Positions 43,398 to 53,344 of a stretch of DNA of 64,000 nucleotides are shown piece after piece. Within the stretch, counting starts at the first letter, position 1; each line of letters opens with the position of its first letter. Source of the DNA: an uncultured Gemmatimonadaceae bacterium (GTDB lineage: Bacteria > Gemmatimonadota > Gemmatimonadetes > Gemmatimonadales > Gemmatimonadaceae); assembly GCA_963829055.1 (NCBI GenBank), contig CAWHHI010000016.1:576001-640000 (forward strand), written 5' to 3'. The position numbers were made by a program, and so were the translations under genes. Below the pieces are notes generated by a model. It was not told where the DNA came from. It did no database searches and saw only the letters and a program-made list of their open reading frames with translations.

Positions 43398-44461
43398 CGG
43401 TCCAGTATGCCTAACGCAGCGGCACGGTCGCGAGCACTCGGGGTGAGCAGCGCATCGGCCGGTACGCGACCGCCGGTGCGGGCGAGTCGGATAACGTCGC
43501 GCTCCGTCACGAGCGGACGTTTTCGTTGAGTCGCCGAACGCCAGGCGATGATGCTCGCCGTATCGCCAGTCCTGACCCCGGCCGCACGCGCTTCGTCGAC
43601 ATCGAGGTGCAGCTCGCTCGCGTGGCCTTCGCCGGAGCGGACCAGCACCGTCATGGAACGTGGCGGCTCGCGCCCCGTCGCCGCATCGGACGTCCACCTC
43701 GGCGCCATTGGCCAAGCCCCAACGGTGCGCGTCGGTCGGGGCGCAGATGCAGGTGACGGGCGGCGATGATGACGCCGCGACGCAGGTCGACGCGTCCGGC
43801 TGGACCAACCAGCGTCACTCCACCCACCGAGGTGTCGAGGGAGCCGCTGGCGGCGACGGGCGCCTCGATGCCCAACAATCCGGCGTCGGATAGCGCGATT
43901 TCTAGCTGAGTGTCGCTTCGTGCCGGACCGACGACGCGCACGGCCTGTAGCTTCCCGTTGGGCCCCTCAATGTCGAGCGACTGGGTGGCGGCGAACTGGC
44001 CCGGCTGCGTCAACTCCCGCGCGACGGTCAATGGGGTTCCGCCGAACAGGGTCTGCACGTCGGCCCGCGACAGGTGCACGTGTCGGTTGGATACGCCGAT
44101 GCGCACGTCGATCGACGGGGCGTCGCAGCACGCGTTCGCGTTAGGCGTGCCTCGGCACCACGGGCGGTTGCGCTCAGGCGGCGGGCCTTTGCCGGCGGCG
44201 GCCGCCCGCGTCACACGCGTCAGCTCGCGGTGGACGTCCGAAAACGCGGACCGTCTCGTGACGCGCGACGGAGCGACGCCAGCCAGATCCTGTGCCGCAC
44301 CCGACCAGACTGGCGGGGTACCACCCCGTTCCGGCGGCGCGGGGCGCACGGGTGACGGTAACCATGTGGCTGCCCGTTCACCGGACGTACGCGTTGCCCA
44401 CCTGTTCGAGGAGTGCGCGAGCGATCAGCTCCGCCAGCCGGTCCAGCTCTGCGTCCGTCAC
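43394..44461 (-). CDS. pduL: PduL-type phosphate acyltransferase with N-terminal encapsulation peptide and C-terminal extension; apparent frameshifts ~44390, ~43745, ~43650
   Basis: IGVSNRHVHLS, LTQPGQFAA, VRVVGPAR, QLEIA, GVIIAARHLHL, ELHLDVDEA; GTG 44461 gives MTDAELDRLAELIARALLEQ. Confidence 0.88.
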
Positions 44462-45980
44462 CGGCGAGACGCTCGGAAGTCGGAGAGGAACTGGTCGACT
44501 ATTCGTTGGACATCGCCGGCGGGAAGTGATGCGGTGCGCGAGGCGGTGCCGCTATCTGCATTCGAATGCGACGGCTCGCCGAAGTCGACCGCACGTTTGC
44601 GCCGCCGGACGCTTCGCGCAGCGGGTCTACGTACGGCCGAATCTCTTCGCCCAGCCGCTTGATGTTTATCAGGTGAAGCGGCGTCACGTTGTCGGAGGTG
44701 ATGCTGCCGCCCCATGAGCCGGGTCCGAGCGTCATCGCCGGAGCGAAGCCGGTCGTGTAGCCCACTGCTCCGATCGCGACGTTCGAGTTCACGATGATGC
44801 GGAACGCCGGCTTCTCGGAGAAGAATCGGTCGATGACGTGCTGGTCCTGGCTGTGGATACCTAACGAGTGACCAAGGCCTCCGTACTCGAGCAACTCGAT
44901 CGCGCGCTCACAGCAGCGTTCCCAGCCGTCCTCGACGAAGAACCCCAGGACCGGGCACAGCTTCTCACGACTCAGCGGATCCTCGCGACCGACGTTCGCC
45001 AGATCCACGATCATCAGTTTCGCGTCTGGCGCGATAGCGAAGCCGGCCTTTCGCGCGATCTCCTGCGGCTGCTTACCAACGACGTCGGGATTGATGCCTT
45101 TGCCGCTCGGCGGAATCATCAGACGTTCCAGTGCGCGCTTCTCGTCCGCGTACAGAAGTGTGCCCGCTCGCGTTTGAATACGTCGCGCACTGCGCGCTCG
45201 ACGGGCGCATCGCAGACGACCGAGTTCTCCGCGGAGCAAAGCACGCCCGCGTCGAACGTCTTCCCGTCGACGACGTCTGCAACAGCCTTCTCGATTCGCG
45301 CCGTTCGCTCAATGATTGCAGGCACGTTTCCGGGTCCGACGCCGTACGCGGGCTTCCCTGCCGCGTACACCGCGCGCACCATGTCGGAACCGCCCGTGGC
45401 GAGAATGACCGCCGTGAGCTTGTGGCGCATCAAGGCGTTCGTCCCGTCCATGGTAGCCACGGTCATCGCGTTGACGAGCCCCGCCGGTGCGCCGGCGCCT
45501 AACGCAGCCGCTTCGAGAAGCCGAGCTGTCTCGACGACGCTCCTCGTCGCGCGCGGGTGCGGCGACATCACGATCGAGTTCCGCGCCTTCACCGAGATCA
45601 TTGCTTTGTAGATCGCGGTCGACGTCGGGTTCGTTGTGGGGATGATCGCTGCAACGACACCCATGGGGACGGCGAGCTCGCGGACCCTTCGCGTTCGGTC
45701 TTCGCGCAACACGCCGACGGTCTGCATCGGGCAGGATGTAGTCGAGCAGAAAGTCGGACGCGAAGCGATTCTTGATGACCTTGTGCTCGTAGACGCCCAT
45801 CCCGGTCTCGTCGACCGCCAGTCGCGCGAGTCGCTCGGCGTTCGACGACGCGGCAGCAGCCATCGCGCGAACCACGGCATCGACCTGACGTTGATCCGCC
45901 GTCGCGAACCGTCGCTGGGCGTCGGAGGCCGGCGCGACGAGGTCGCGCGCCTCCTGAACGCTCCGAAGGTCGGCGTCCAC
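44458..45980 (-). CDS. Acylating aldehyde dehydrogenase (EutE/PduP-like); apparent frameshifts ~45730, ~45165, ~44600
   Basis: DLRSVQEARDL, ETGMG, IPTTNPTST, SPHPRA, LATGG, GVGPGN, FDAGVLCSAE (catalytic Cys), EKLCPVL, GHSLGIHS, TLGPG. Confidence 0.9.
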
Positions 45981-45990
45981 GACTACTCGC

Positions 45991-46467
45991 TCAGGCGTTC
46001 AGCGACCGAAACGCGGCGAGCAGCTCGTCTCGGCCGGCACGCGCGACGTCACGGCCCTTGATCGGAAAGTTGTCCAGGCGGCGCGCCATTGCGCGGAGAT
46101 CGACGACGCGCGCGTTCTCGAGCGTCGCGACATCGATGCGGCCACCCTGCATGGGAACGGTGGCGGTCGGCTCGTCGTTGTCGTTCACCGCAACCGTCAT
46201 CTCCGGGTGCGGACGCGGGATGACGTGCGAGGAAATGAGATGACCGACCCGTTCGGCAGCGGACGACCCCGCGTCGACAGCCGCTTTCACCGCCGCGACT
46301 TCGCCGACGAACTTCACGGTCACGAGACCGGCGTCCGCCTTTTCGGTACCCAGCAGCCGGACGTCCGCCGCCTTGAGGCCAGCGTCAGCGGCTTCGATCG
46401 CGCCGACGAGCCCACGCGTCTCGATGAGGCCGAGCGCGCCGTAGGCCCAAGGATCAACCGGCGTCAC
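45991..46467 (-). CDS. BMC-H shell protein with C-terminal extension
   Basis: [26 protein letters not shown]...[10 protein letters not shown]...HVIPRPH plus a ~60 aa tail. Confidence 0.92.
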   Translation of the reverse strand: MTPVDPWAYGALGLIETRGLVGAIEAADAGLKAADVRLLGTEKADAGLVTVKFVGEVAAVKAAVDAGSSAAERVGHLISSHVIPRPHPEMTVAVNDNDEPTATVPMQGGRIDVATLENARVVDLRAMARRLDNFPIKGRDVARAGRDELLAAFRSLNA

Positions 46468-46747
46468 CCGAGGGACCTTGGGGAAGGAGTGCTTCGAGCT
46501 CCGCGTGCGGACGCGGGATGACATGAACCGACACGAGCTCGCCAACGCGCTCCGCCGCCGCGGCACCGGCATCAGTCGCCGCTTTCACGGCGCCAACGTC
46601 GCCTCGCACCATTACTGTCACGTAGCCTCCACCGACCTTCTCTTTTCCAACGAGCCTGACGTTGGCCGCCTTGACCATCGCGTCGGCTGCCTCGATAGCG
46701 CCGACGAGTCCCTTCGTCTCGATCAGGCCAAGTGCGTTCTGTGCCAT
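46454..46747 (-). CDS. BMC-H shell protein (EutM/PduA-like, 97 aa)
   Basis: [26 protein letters not shown]...[23 protein letters not shown]...HVIPRPH; GGAGG SD. Confidence 0.95.
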   Translation of the reverse strand: MAQNALGLIETKGLVGAIEAADAMVKAANVRLVGKEKVGGGYVTVMVRGDVGAVKAATDAGAAAAERVGELVSVHVIPRPHAELEALLPQGPSGDAG

Positions 46748-46815
46748 CAGTCCTCCGGAACCACCAGTGAGTGCGCGATCGGCGCCGTGGCACCGATGCT
46801 GGAGCATCGGCCGCG

Positions 46816-46866
46816 ATAATGTGTGCTCCCGTTCGGTTTGTAAAGATCGCGGCGTCGAAGTAGACT
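46816..46866. promoter_or_regulatory. Candidate divergent overlapping promoters (BMC operon and lpxH-like gene)
   Basis: Minus: TTTACA(46844-46839)-17-CATTAT(46821-46816). Plus: TTGTAA(46838-46843)-17-TAGACT(46861-46866). Confidence 0.5.
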
Positions 46867-46872
46867 GTCCCC

Positions 46873-47661
46873 GTGCTCCCGTCGCCGTGCTACGTCTTCT
46901 CCGACACACACCTCGGCGCTACGTCCACCGAGGTCGAACAGCGGTTGCTCGCGTTTCTCCGGCATCTACCCGGGAGAGCGCGATCCGTCGTCATCAACGG
47001 CGATCTGTTCGAGTTCTGGTTCGAGTGGCGGTCGGTGATTCCGCGCGCGTCGTTCCGCGTGTTGGCGGCGCTGGCTGATCTCGTCGACGCGCAAATTCCC
47101 GTGTTGTGGGTCGCCGGGAATCACGACTGCTGGGGCGGCGAGGTCCTGCGCGACGACGTGGGAGTCACCTACCACGTCGGACCGTGGACGGGACAGCTCG
47201 CTGGTTGGAACAGCCGCATCGAGCACGGCGACGGTCTGCGTCAGGTCGAGGATCGGAAGTATCGGAGACTGCGCACGGTGTTGCGGCATCCCGCTTCCAT
47301 CTGGGCGTTCCGCCATCTCCTGCATCCCGACTTCGGGAGCCGGCTTGCCGCAGGGTCGTCGCACGCCAGTCGGACTTATCAGGCGCGCGACGGCGGCCGC
47401 GGGCTACGCGACGTGGCGATGAAGGAACTTGCTAGCAGCCCCGCGACGGAACTTCTCATCTACGGTCACTCGCACGTCGCTGCTCTGGAGCGCGCGCCGT
47501 CTGGCGGTGTCTACGCCAATGCTGGCTCGTGGATGAGCAGGCCCACGTTTCTACGTGTCGATACGCAACGCGTGGCACTCATGGAATGGAGCGGATCAGC
47601 CGAGGGTGAGTGTCTCGACGCACTCGATCGCCGAGCCGAGGAAGCGCTGACCAAGGCGTAG
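46873..47661 (+). CDS. lpxH: UDP-2,3-diacylglucosamine diphosphatase (LpxH-like metallophosphoesterase)
   Basis: [32 protein letters not shown]. Confidence 0.8.
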   Translation: MLPSPCYVFSDTHLGATSTEVEQRLLAFLRHLPGRARSVVINGDLFEFWFEWRSVIPRASFRVLAALADLVDAQIPVLWVAGNHDCWGGEVLRDDVGVTYHVGPWTGQLAGWNSRIEHGDGLRQVEDRKYRRLRTVLRHPASIWAFRHLLHPDFGSRLAAGSSHASRTYQARDGGRGLRDVAMKELASSPATELLIYGHSHVAALERAPSGGVYANAGSWMSRPTFLRVDTQRVALMEWSGSAEGECLDALDRRAEEALTKA

Positions 47662-48417
47662 GAAGTGGTCGGGCGCATCCGAGGCGATGAACCGATGTCG
47701 CCGAACAGCTGATCGGCCGATCGTTGCTTCATCCGCGAGAAGGCCACGTGTCTGGAGAATGCGTGCCGTCTCAGTCGCCGTTTCGTGCGCGCTATCGATG
47801 AGGATGACGTCTGGCCCGAGCACATCAGCGAGCAGCGGTTTTAGCAACGGATAGTGCGTGCAGCCGAGAACGAGTGTGTCGATGCCGGCAGCTTGCAGCG
47901 GCGTTAGGTATTCGCGCGCGATGAGCCGCGTCGCTTCTGTATCGAGCCAGCCCTCCTCGACGAGCGGAACGAAGAGCGGACATGCGCGTGCGACGATGTC
48001 CGCATCCGGAGCGATGGCGCGGATCGCTCGTTCGTATGCGCCGGAGCCGATCGTGCCCGACGTTCCAATGACGCCGAGCTCGAAACGGCGCGATGCGGCG
48101 ACGGCGGCTCTCGCGCCTGGCTCGACGACGCCGATCACCGGTACAGTGCACTCGCGCTGCAGTTGTGGCAGTGCGTGCGCGGTGGCGGTGTTGCAGGCGA
48201 CGACAATCGCCTTCACGTCCTGCGACATCAGGTACTCGGTGATCTCGCGGCTGTAGCGCCGCACCGTATCCGGGCTCTTGGGCCCGTATGGGACACGAGC
48301 GGTGTCACCGAAATAGATGACGCGTTCGTGCGGCAGTTGCCGCAGGACCTCGCGCACGACAGTGAGTCCGCCGATGCCGGAGTCGAAGATCCCGATTGGT
48401 GACGCTGGTGTGCTCAC
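47596..48417 (-). CDS. murI: Glutamate racemase
   Basis: FDSGIGGLTV, PYG, ACNTAT, LGCTHYP. Confidence 0.96.
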   Translation of the reverse strand: MSTPASPIGIFDSGIGGLTVVREVLRQLPHERVIYFGDTARVPYGPKSPDTVRRYSREITEYLMSQDVKAIVVACNTATAHALPQLQRECTVPVIGVVEPGARAAVAASRRFELGVIGTSGTIGSGAYERAIRAIAPDADIVARACPLFVPLVEEGWLDTEATRLIAREYLTPLQAAGIDTLVLGCTHYPLLKPLLADVLGPDVILIDSAHETATETARILQTRGLLADEATIGRSAVRRHRFIASDAPDHFLRLGQRFLGSAIECVETLTLG

Positions 48418-48447
48418 GACTACCTGACTGCAACCACGACTCGCGCG

Positions 48448-49080
48448 TCACCAAGGAATCGAAGCGGAGAGGACGGCACCAAACGGCAGTGCCCTGAACG
48501 ACACGTGGTCGGGCAGGTCCCAGAGTTGCGCGGACACGAACGCTTCCGCGCCCGCCAACAGGTGGTTCACAATGATCAGCGCGTAGTAGTCCTCGAGATG
48601 CTTGCGGCGCGCTTCTACACGCTCGGTTGCATAACGATTCGTCGCGTAGGTCGTGCCGACAGGGCGGCCGAGCGAATCAGTCTTGACGGTTCCGTCAGAG
48701 TTGGTCGCGTACGTGACGATCAGGCTGTCGGCTTCATGCGCCTTCGCGAAGCGAAGGTCGAACGCCGATTTCGTCGCGAGTGCGATGAACGTCACCTCGG
48801 CCGTGAAGAACAGGCCACCGGCAATGGGACGATTGAGGACGGACTGACCGTAGCCCGGCGCGACCAACGAGTAGAGGAACGCTCGCTTGGGCGATATCGG
48901 TGGGCGCACCGTATCGGGTGCCGGCGCGGCGCGCGGAGGGGCTGGCCGCCGACGCGCGCCGACGCGGGCGCTATCCACTTGTTGCGCGTCGGCCCGCCCG
49001 TATGGCACTGCGCCGAGCGCCCCAACGATCAGCGTTGCGACGACGACGCGAGCCACAACACGACGGAGAGTACCGAGCAC
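48448..49080 (-). CDS. Hypothetical membrane protein (DUF5683-like)
   Basis: PKRAFLYSLVAPGYGQ...AEAFVSAQLWD; start placed downstream of tRNA-Sec. Confidence 0.65.
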   Translation of the reverse strand: MLGTLRRVVARVVVATLIVGALGAVPYGRADAQQVDSARVGARRRPAPPRAAPAPDTVRPPISPKRAFLYSLVAPGYGQSVLNRPIAGGLFFTAEVTFIALATKSAFDLRFAKAHEADSLIVTYATNSDGTVKTDSLGRPVGTTYATNRYATERVEARRKHLEDYYALIIVNHLLAGAEAFVSAQLWDLPDHVSFRALPFGAVLSASIPW

Positions 49081-49101
49081 GAAGGAATCCGGAAAGCGGT
49101 G

Positions 49102-49198
49102 TGGCGGGAGCGTGTGGGAATCGAACCCACCCAACCCGACGGCGTCGGGTCGCATCAGTTTTGAAGACTGAGGAGACCACCAGACCCCAGCCGCCCCC
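49102..49198 (-). tRNA. selC: tRNA-Sec (TCA)
   Basis: 97 nt; anticodon loop CT-TCA-AA, long variable arm GACCCGAC/GTCGGGTT, GGTTCGATTCC, 3' GCCA. Confidence 0.93.
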
Positions 49199-49203
49199 TC
49201 GCG

Positions 49204-50241
49204 TCACCCAAGCACAATCGCGGTCTCACCTTTCGGCAGCACCTCTCCGACCTCAGCGGCACGCGGGACGCGTGCAAGATAGTCAGCCACGCGCGACGAG
49301 GGCACCGCCACGAGCAGCCCGCCCGACGTCTGAGGGTCGGTCAGCAGCGCACGGTCGGCCTCGCTCGCGACGCCCCACGTTACGAGCGGCTGCACGTAAT
49401 CGAGGTTTCTGCTCCCGCCGCCGGGTCGTGACCCACCGAGCCATGCCTCCCGCGCACCAGGGATGACCGGCACGTCGTGAACGCGGATGTAGAGCGTGAC
49501 GTCACTTGCGCGGGCAATGTGCGACGCGTGGCCGAGTAGCCCAAATCCCGTAATGTCGGTGGCGCAGCGGGAGCCAACGTCGAGAGCAACGCGACTGGGC
49601 TCCGCGTTCAACTCGCGCATGAGCGTGATCATCGCCAGCGTCGTGGCGGGGTCGAGCGTCCCTTTCTTCAACGATGTGGCCAGGATGCCGTTGCCTAACG
49701 GCTTCGTGAGGACGAGACGGTCGCCGGGCCGCGCACCCGCGTTGGTCAGCATCGTCCGCGGGTCAATGCGGCCGGTGACGGCGAGCCCGAACTTGATCTC
49801 GTCATCGACGACGGTGTGTCCGCCGATCACGTGCGCGCCTGCTTCGTGGACCTTGTCCTGTCCTCCGCGCAGGATCTCCGTGAGAACCTCGATGGGCAGT
49901 TGGCCGGTCGGGAACGCGGCGATGTTCAGGACGGTCAGCGGCGTCCCACCCATGGCGTAGATGTCCGACAGCGCATTCGCCGCGGCGACCTGCCCGAACT
50001 CGTATGGGTCGTCGACGATAGGCGCGAAGAAGTCGACCGTCTGCACGATCGCGACGTCGTCGGACACGCGAAAGACCCCCGCGTCGTCGAACGTTTCATG
50101 ACCGACGAGAATGCGCGGATCCGACTTTCGCGCGAGCGGCGCGAGCGCGTGAGACAGGTCGCCCGGACCCATCTTCGACGCTCAGCCAGCGCAGCGAGAG
50201 AAATGCGTTAGGCGAAAGATCTCAGAGCGAGAATGGGACAT
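49204..50241 (-). CDS. selD: Selenophosphate synthetase containing selenocysteine (UGA at codon 20)
   Basis: ATG 50241 gives MSHSRSEIFRLTHFSRCAG-UGA-ASKMGPG, in frame with DDAGVF, QTVDFF, ANALSDIYAMGG, DITGFGLLGH, DPQTSGGLL. Confidence 0.93.
50152..50174 (-). promoter_or_regulatory. Candidate bacterial SECIS hairpin
   Basis: AGATGGGTC-CGGGC-GACCTGTCT, starting about 8 nt after the UGA at 50184-50182. Confidence 0.65.
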
Positions 50242-50342
50242 GTCAACTGCGAGCTAGTCGCTGGTCGCTCGTGCTGGTGGCTGGTCGGACCAGCGAGAGG
50301 CGCGAGCCACCTTCGACGCGAGAGTCGTGCGCACCGATCGCT

Positions 50343-50726
50343 CTAGCCGACGAGCGCCACCGCGTCGATCTCCACCAATACTCCGCGCGGCAGCGCGGAC
50401 ACCTGCACGGTGGAACGCGCAGGCCGGGCGTCGCCGATCATGCGCCCGTACACTTCGTTGACGCGCGGGAAGTCGGCCATGTCCTGCAGGAAGACCGTCG
50501 TCTTCACGACGTGCGCCCAGCTCGTGCCGGCGGCTTCGAGCACCGCAGTGAGGTTGCGCATGACCCGCTCGGTCTGAACCGTCACGTCGCCCTGCACGAT
50601 CTGTCCGGTGGCCGGGTCCAGCGGAATCTGCCCTGCTGTGTACACGAAGTTTCCCGCCACGATCGCCTGCGAATACGGGCCGATAGCCGCAGGCGCTTTT
50701 TCGGTGTGTACGATGCGAACGCTCAC
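50343..50726 (-). CDS. ridA: RidA/YjgF reactive-intermediate deaminase
   Basis: APAAIGPYSQA, GQIP, VKTTVFL, PARSTVQVSALP, VEID. Confidence 0.92.
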   Translation of the reverse strand: MSVRIVHTEKAPAAIGPYSQAIVAGNFVYTAGQIPLDPATGQIVQGDVTVQTERVMRNLTAVLEAAGTSWAHVVKTTVFLQDMADFPRVNEVYGRMIGDARPARSTVQVSALPRGVLVEIDAVALVG

Positions 50727-50735
50727 GTGATCTCC

Positions 50736-52413
50736 CTAGTCCAGCCCGACGATCGAGCCGTCGGGGCGAATGGCCATTCGCTCGGCCGCGGGCTCCTTGG
50801 GGAGCCCCGGCATGGTCATGATGTCGCCAGCCTGCGCGACAACGAAACCCGCGCCTGCAGCGGGGTACACCTCGTTCACCGTAATGCGGAAGCCGCGCGG
50901 CCGACCCAGCTTCGTCGGGTCGTCGGTCAGCGAATACTGCGTCTTCGCCATGCACACTGGCGTGTTGCCGAGACCAATGGACTCGAGATACTGGATGGAG
51001 CGGTCCGCTTTCGGGGCGTAATCGGCGCCGTCACCGCCATACACCTTCCGCACGATGGTGTCGATCTTGTCCCGAATGGGTGCGTCCGCGGAATAGATGG
51101 GCGCGAAATGGCTGCCTCCTTCACCGAGCACCGCCATGACCTCACGTGCGAGCTCGACACCGCCCTCGCCTCCTTTTTCCCACACCTCGTTCAGCGCCAC
51201 GCGCGCGCCCGTACGCTCCGCACATTCCGCGACCATCTGCAGCTCGCGATCGGTGTCGCCGGTGAATCGGTTGACGCCCACGACGACGGGGACGCCGAAT
51301 TGCCTAACGTTCTCGATGTGTCGCTCGAGATTTGGCAGCCCGCGCTCGAGCGCGCCGAGGTCCTCCGTCTTGAGCGCGTTCTTGCCGGCGCCGCCATTAA
51401 GCTTGAGCGCGCGGACGGTTGCCACGAGCACCGCGGCCTTGGGATCCAGACCGCCGAAGCGGCACTTGATGTCGAAGAACTTCTCGGCGCCGAGGTCGGA
51501 ACCGAAGCCGGCTTCGGTTACGACGACGTCTGATAGGGACAGCGCCGATCGCGTTGCGAGCACGCTGTTGCAGCCGTGCGCGATGTTGCCGAACGGCCCA
51601 GCGTGCACGAAGGCGGGACCGCCTTCCAGCGTCTGCACGAGGTTCGGCCGGATCGCATCCTTGAGCAGCATTGCCATCGCGCCGGACGCCTTGAGATCCG
51701 CTGCCCGCACCGGGCGCCGATTCGAACCAGCCGTGGACCCGACGATGATTCGACCGAGGCGCTGTTCGAGATCGGCGGCACTCGTGGCGAGCGCGACGAT
51801 CGCCATCACCTCACTCGCGGGAATGATCACCCACCGCTCTTCGCGCGCCACTCCGTTGGCGACGCCGCCGAGTCCGATGACACAATCGCGCAGCGCGCGG
51901 TCGTTCATGTCGATGGTACGCGGCCACGTGATGCGACGCGAATCGATGCCGAGCGCGTTGCCGTGGTGCAGATGGTTATCGAGCATCGCGGCGAGCAACG
52001 CGTGCGCAGTGGAAATGGCGTGGAAGTCGCCGGTGAAATGGAGATTGATATCCTCCATTGGCAACACCTGCGCGTAACCGCCACCGGCCGCGCCGCCCTT
52101 CATGCCGAACACCGGCCCGAGGCTCGGCTCACGGATGCATAACGTTGCATTCTGCCCTATACGCCGCAGCGCCTTGCGTCATTCCAACCGCGGTCGTCGT
52201 CTTCCCTTCACCTGCGACCGTCGGGTTGATACCAGTCACGAGAACGAGCTTGCCGCGCGCAGGACGCTCGGCGACATCGAGCGCGATCTTCGCCTTGTAC
52301 TTCCCGTAGAGATCCAGGTCATCGGCGCCGAGTCCGAGCTCGGCGGCAACGTCGACGATCGGCCGCAATGTCGCTTGCTGTGCGATCTCGATGTCGGACG
52401 GTACGTTCCCCAC
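50736..52413 (-). CDS. fhs: Formate--tetrahydrofolate ligase; frameshifts ~52130-52175
   Basis: [73 protein letters not shown]. Confidence 0.94.
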
Positions 52414-52508
52414 TGATCCTCCGCTCGTGCTGGTGAGTCATGGACGTGTTCGCGCGTCAGGGCGCGTTCACGTCACGGCCGGTGGAAGTCGGTCGCGCGG
52501 CGCAGATA

Positions 52509-53297
52509 CTACGAGCGCGAGTCGGGCATCGCCAGCCCGAAGAGACGTGACGTGTTCTCCGCTGTACGTTCGGCAAGAACGTCGGGCGCGGTTCCACGGA
52601 CCACGGCGAGTCGCTCGATCGTGCGAGGGACAAACGAGGGCTCGTTGCGTTTGCCTCGGAACGGCACCGGCGCGAGATAGGGCGCGTCCGATTCGACGAG
52701 CAAGCGATCCTCAGGCACGAGTTGCAGAAGGGCGACGTCGTCCCACTTCTTGAACGTCACGATCCCGCTGAAGGAGACATACCAGCCGGCTGCAATGGCC
52801 AGCTCTGCAACAGTTCGCGGGCCCGTGAAGCAATGAAGGACGCCTCGCACTCCACCCGACGCCGCGGTCGAGATCAGCGCCGAGATGTCAGCGTCGGCCT
52901 CGCGCGAATGGACGACGACGGGCGTCCGCAATTCGGCGGCGAGCACGAGCTGCGCCTCGAAGGCCGCGATCTGCGCGTCGCGCGGAGAGTGATCGTAGTG
53001 GTAGTCGAGACCACATTCGCCGACCGCGACTGCCCCCCGCGCGATGTGCCGACGGATGGCCTCGATGTCTCGTGCGGCGTCGAAGGTGACAGCGTCGTGC
53101 GGATGAATGCCCGCGGTGTGATGGACGAACCCGCGATGCGATTCAGCTATCAGGAACGCACGATCGGCGGCCGCGATGGACTCTCCAATTGATACGACGG
53201 CCATTGCGCCGGCGTCGCGGGCGCGGGCGATGGTCTCCTCGCGATCGGCATCGAACGCAGGATCGGCGAGGTGCGCGTGACTATCGATAAAGCGCAT
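52509..53297 (-). CDS. tatD: TatD-family nuclease
   Basis: DSHAHL, GIHPH, GECGLDY, HSR, HCF, ESDAPYL. Confidence 0.92.
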   Translation of the reverse strand: MRFIDSHAHLADPAFDADREETIARARDAGAMAVVSIGESIAAADRAFLIAESHRGFVHHTAGIHPHDAVTFDAARDIEAIRRHIARGAVAVGECGLDYHYDHSPRDAQIAAFEAQLVLAAELRTPVVVHSREADADISALISTAASGGVRGVLHCFTGPRTVAELAIAAGWYVSFSGIVTFKKWDDVALLQLVPEDRLLVESDAPYLAPVPFRGKRNEPSFVPRTIERLAVVRGTAPDVLAERTAENTSRLFGLAMPDSRS

Positions 53298-53344
53298 AGA
53301 TGCAAACACCGCCGCGGTAGCGCGGCGGTGTCGGCAAGCGTGGG

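Noticed and set aside
42969..43808. 279-aa ORF suggesting a PduL-thioesterase fusion
   Set aside because: It arises from frameshifts in pduL; the thioesterase has its own GTG overlapping the pduL stop.
49081..49155. 5' extension of ORF 48448-49155
   Set aside because: It overlaps tRNA-Sec; the real start is probably downstream, near 49080.
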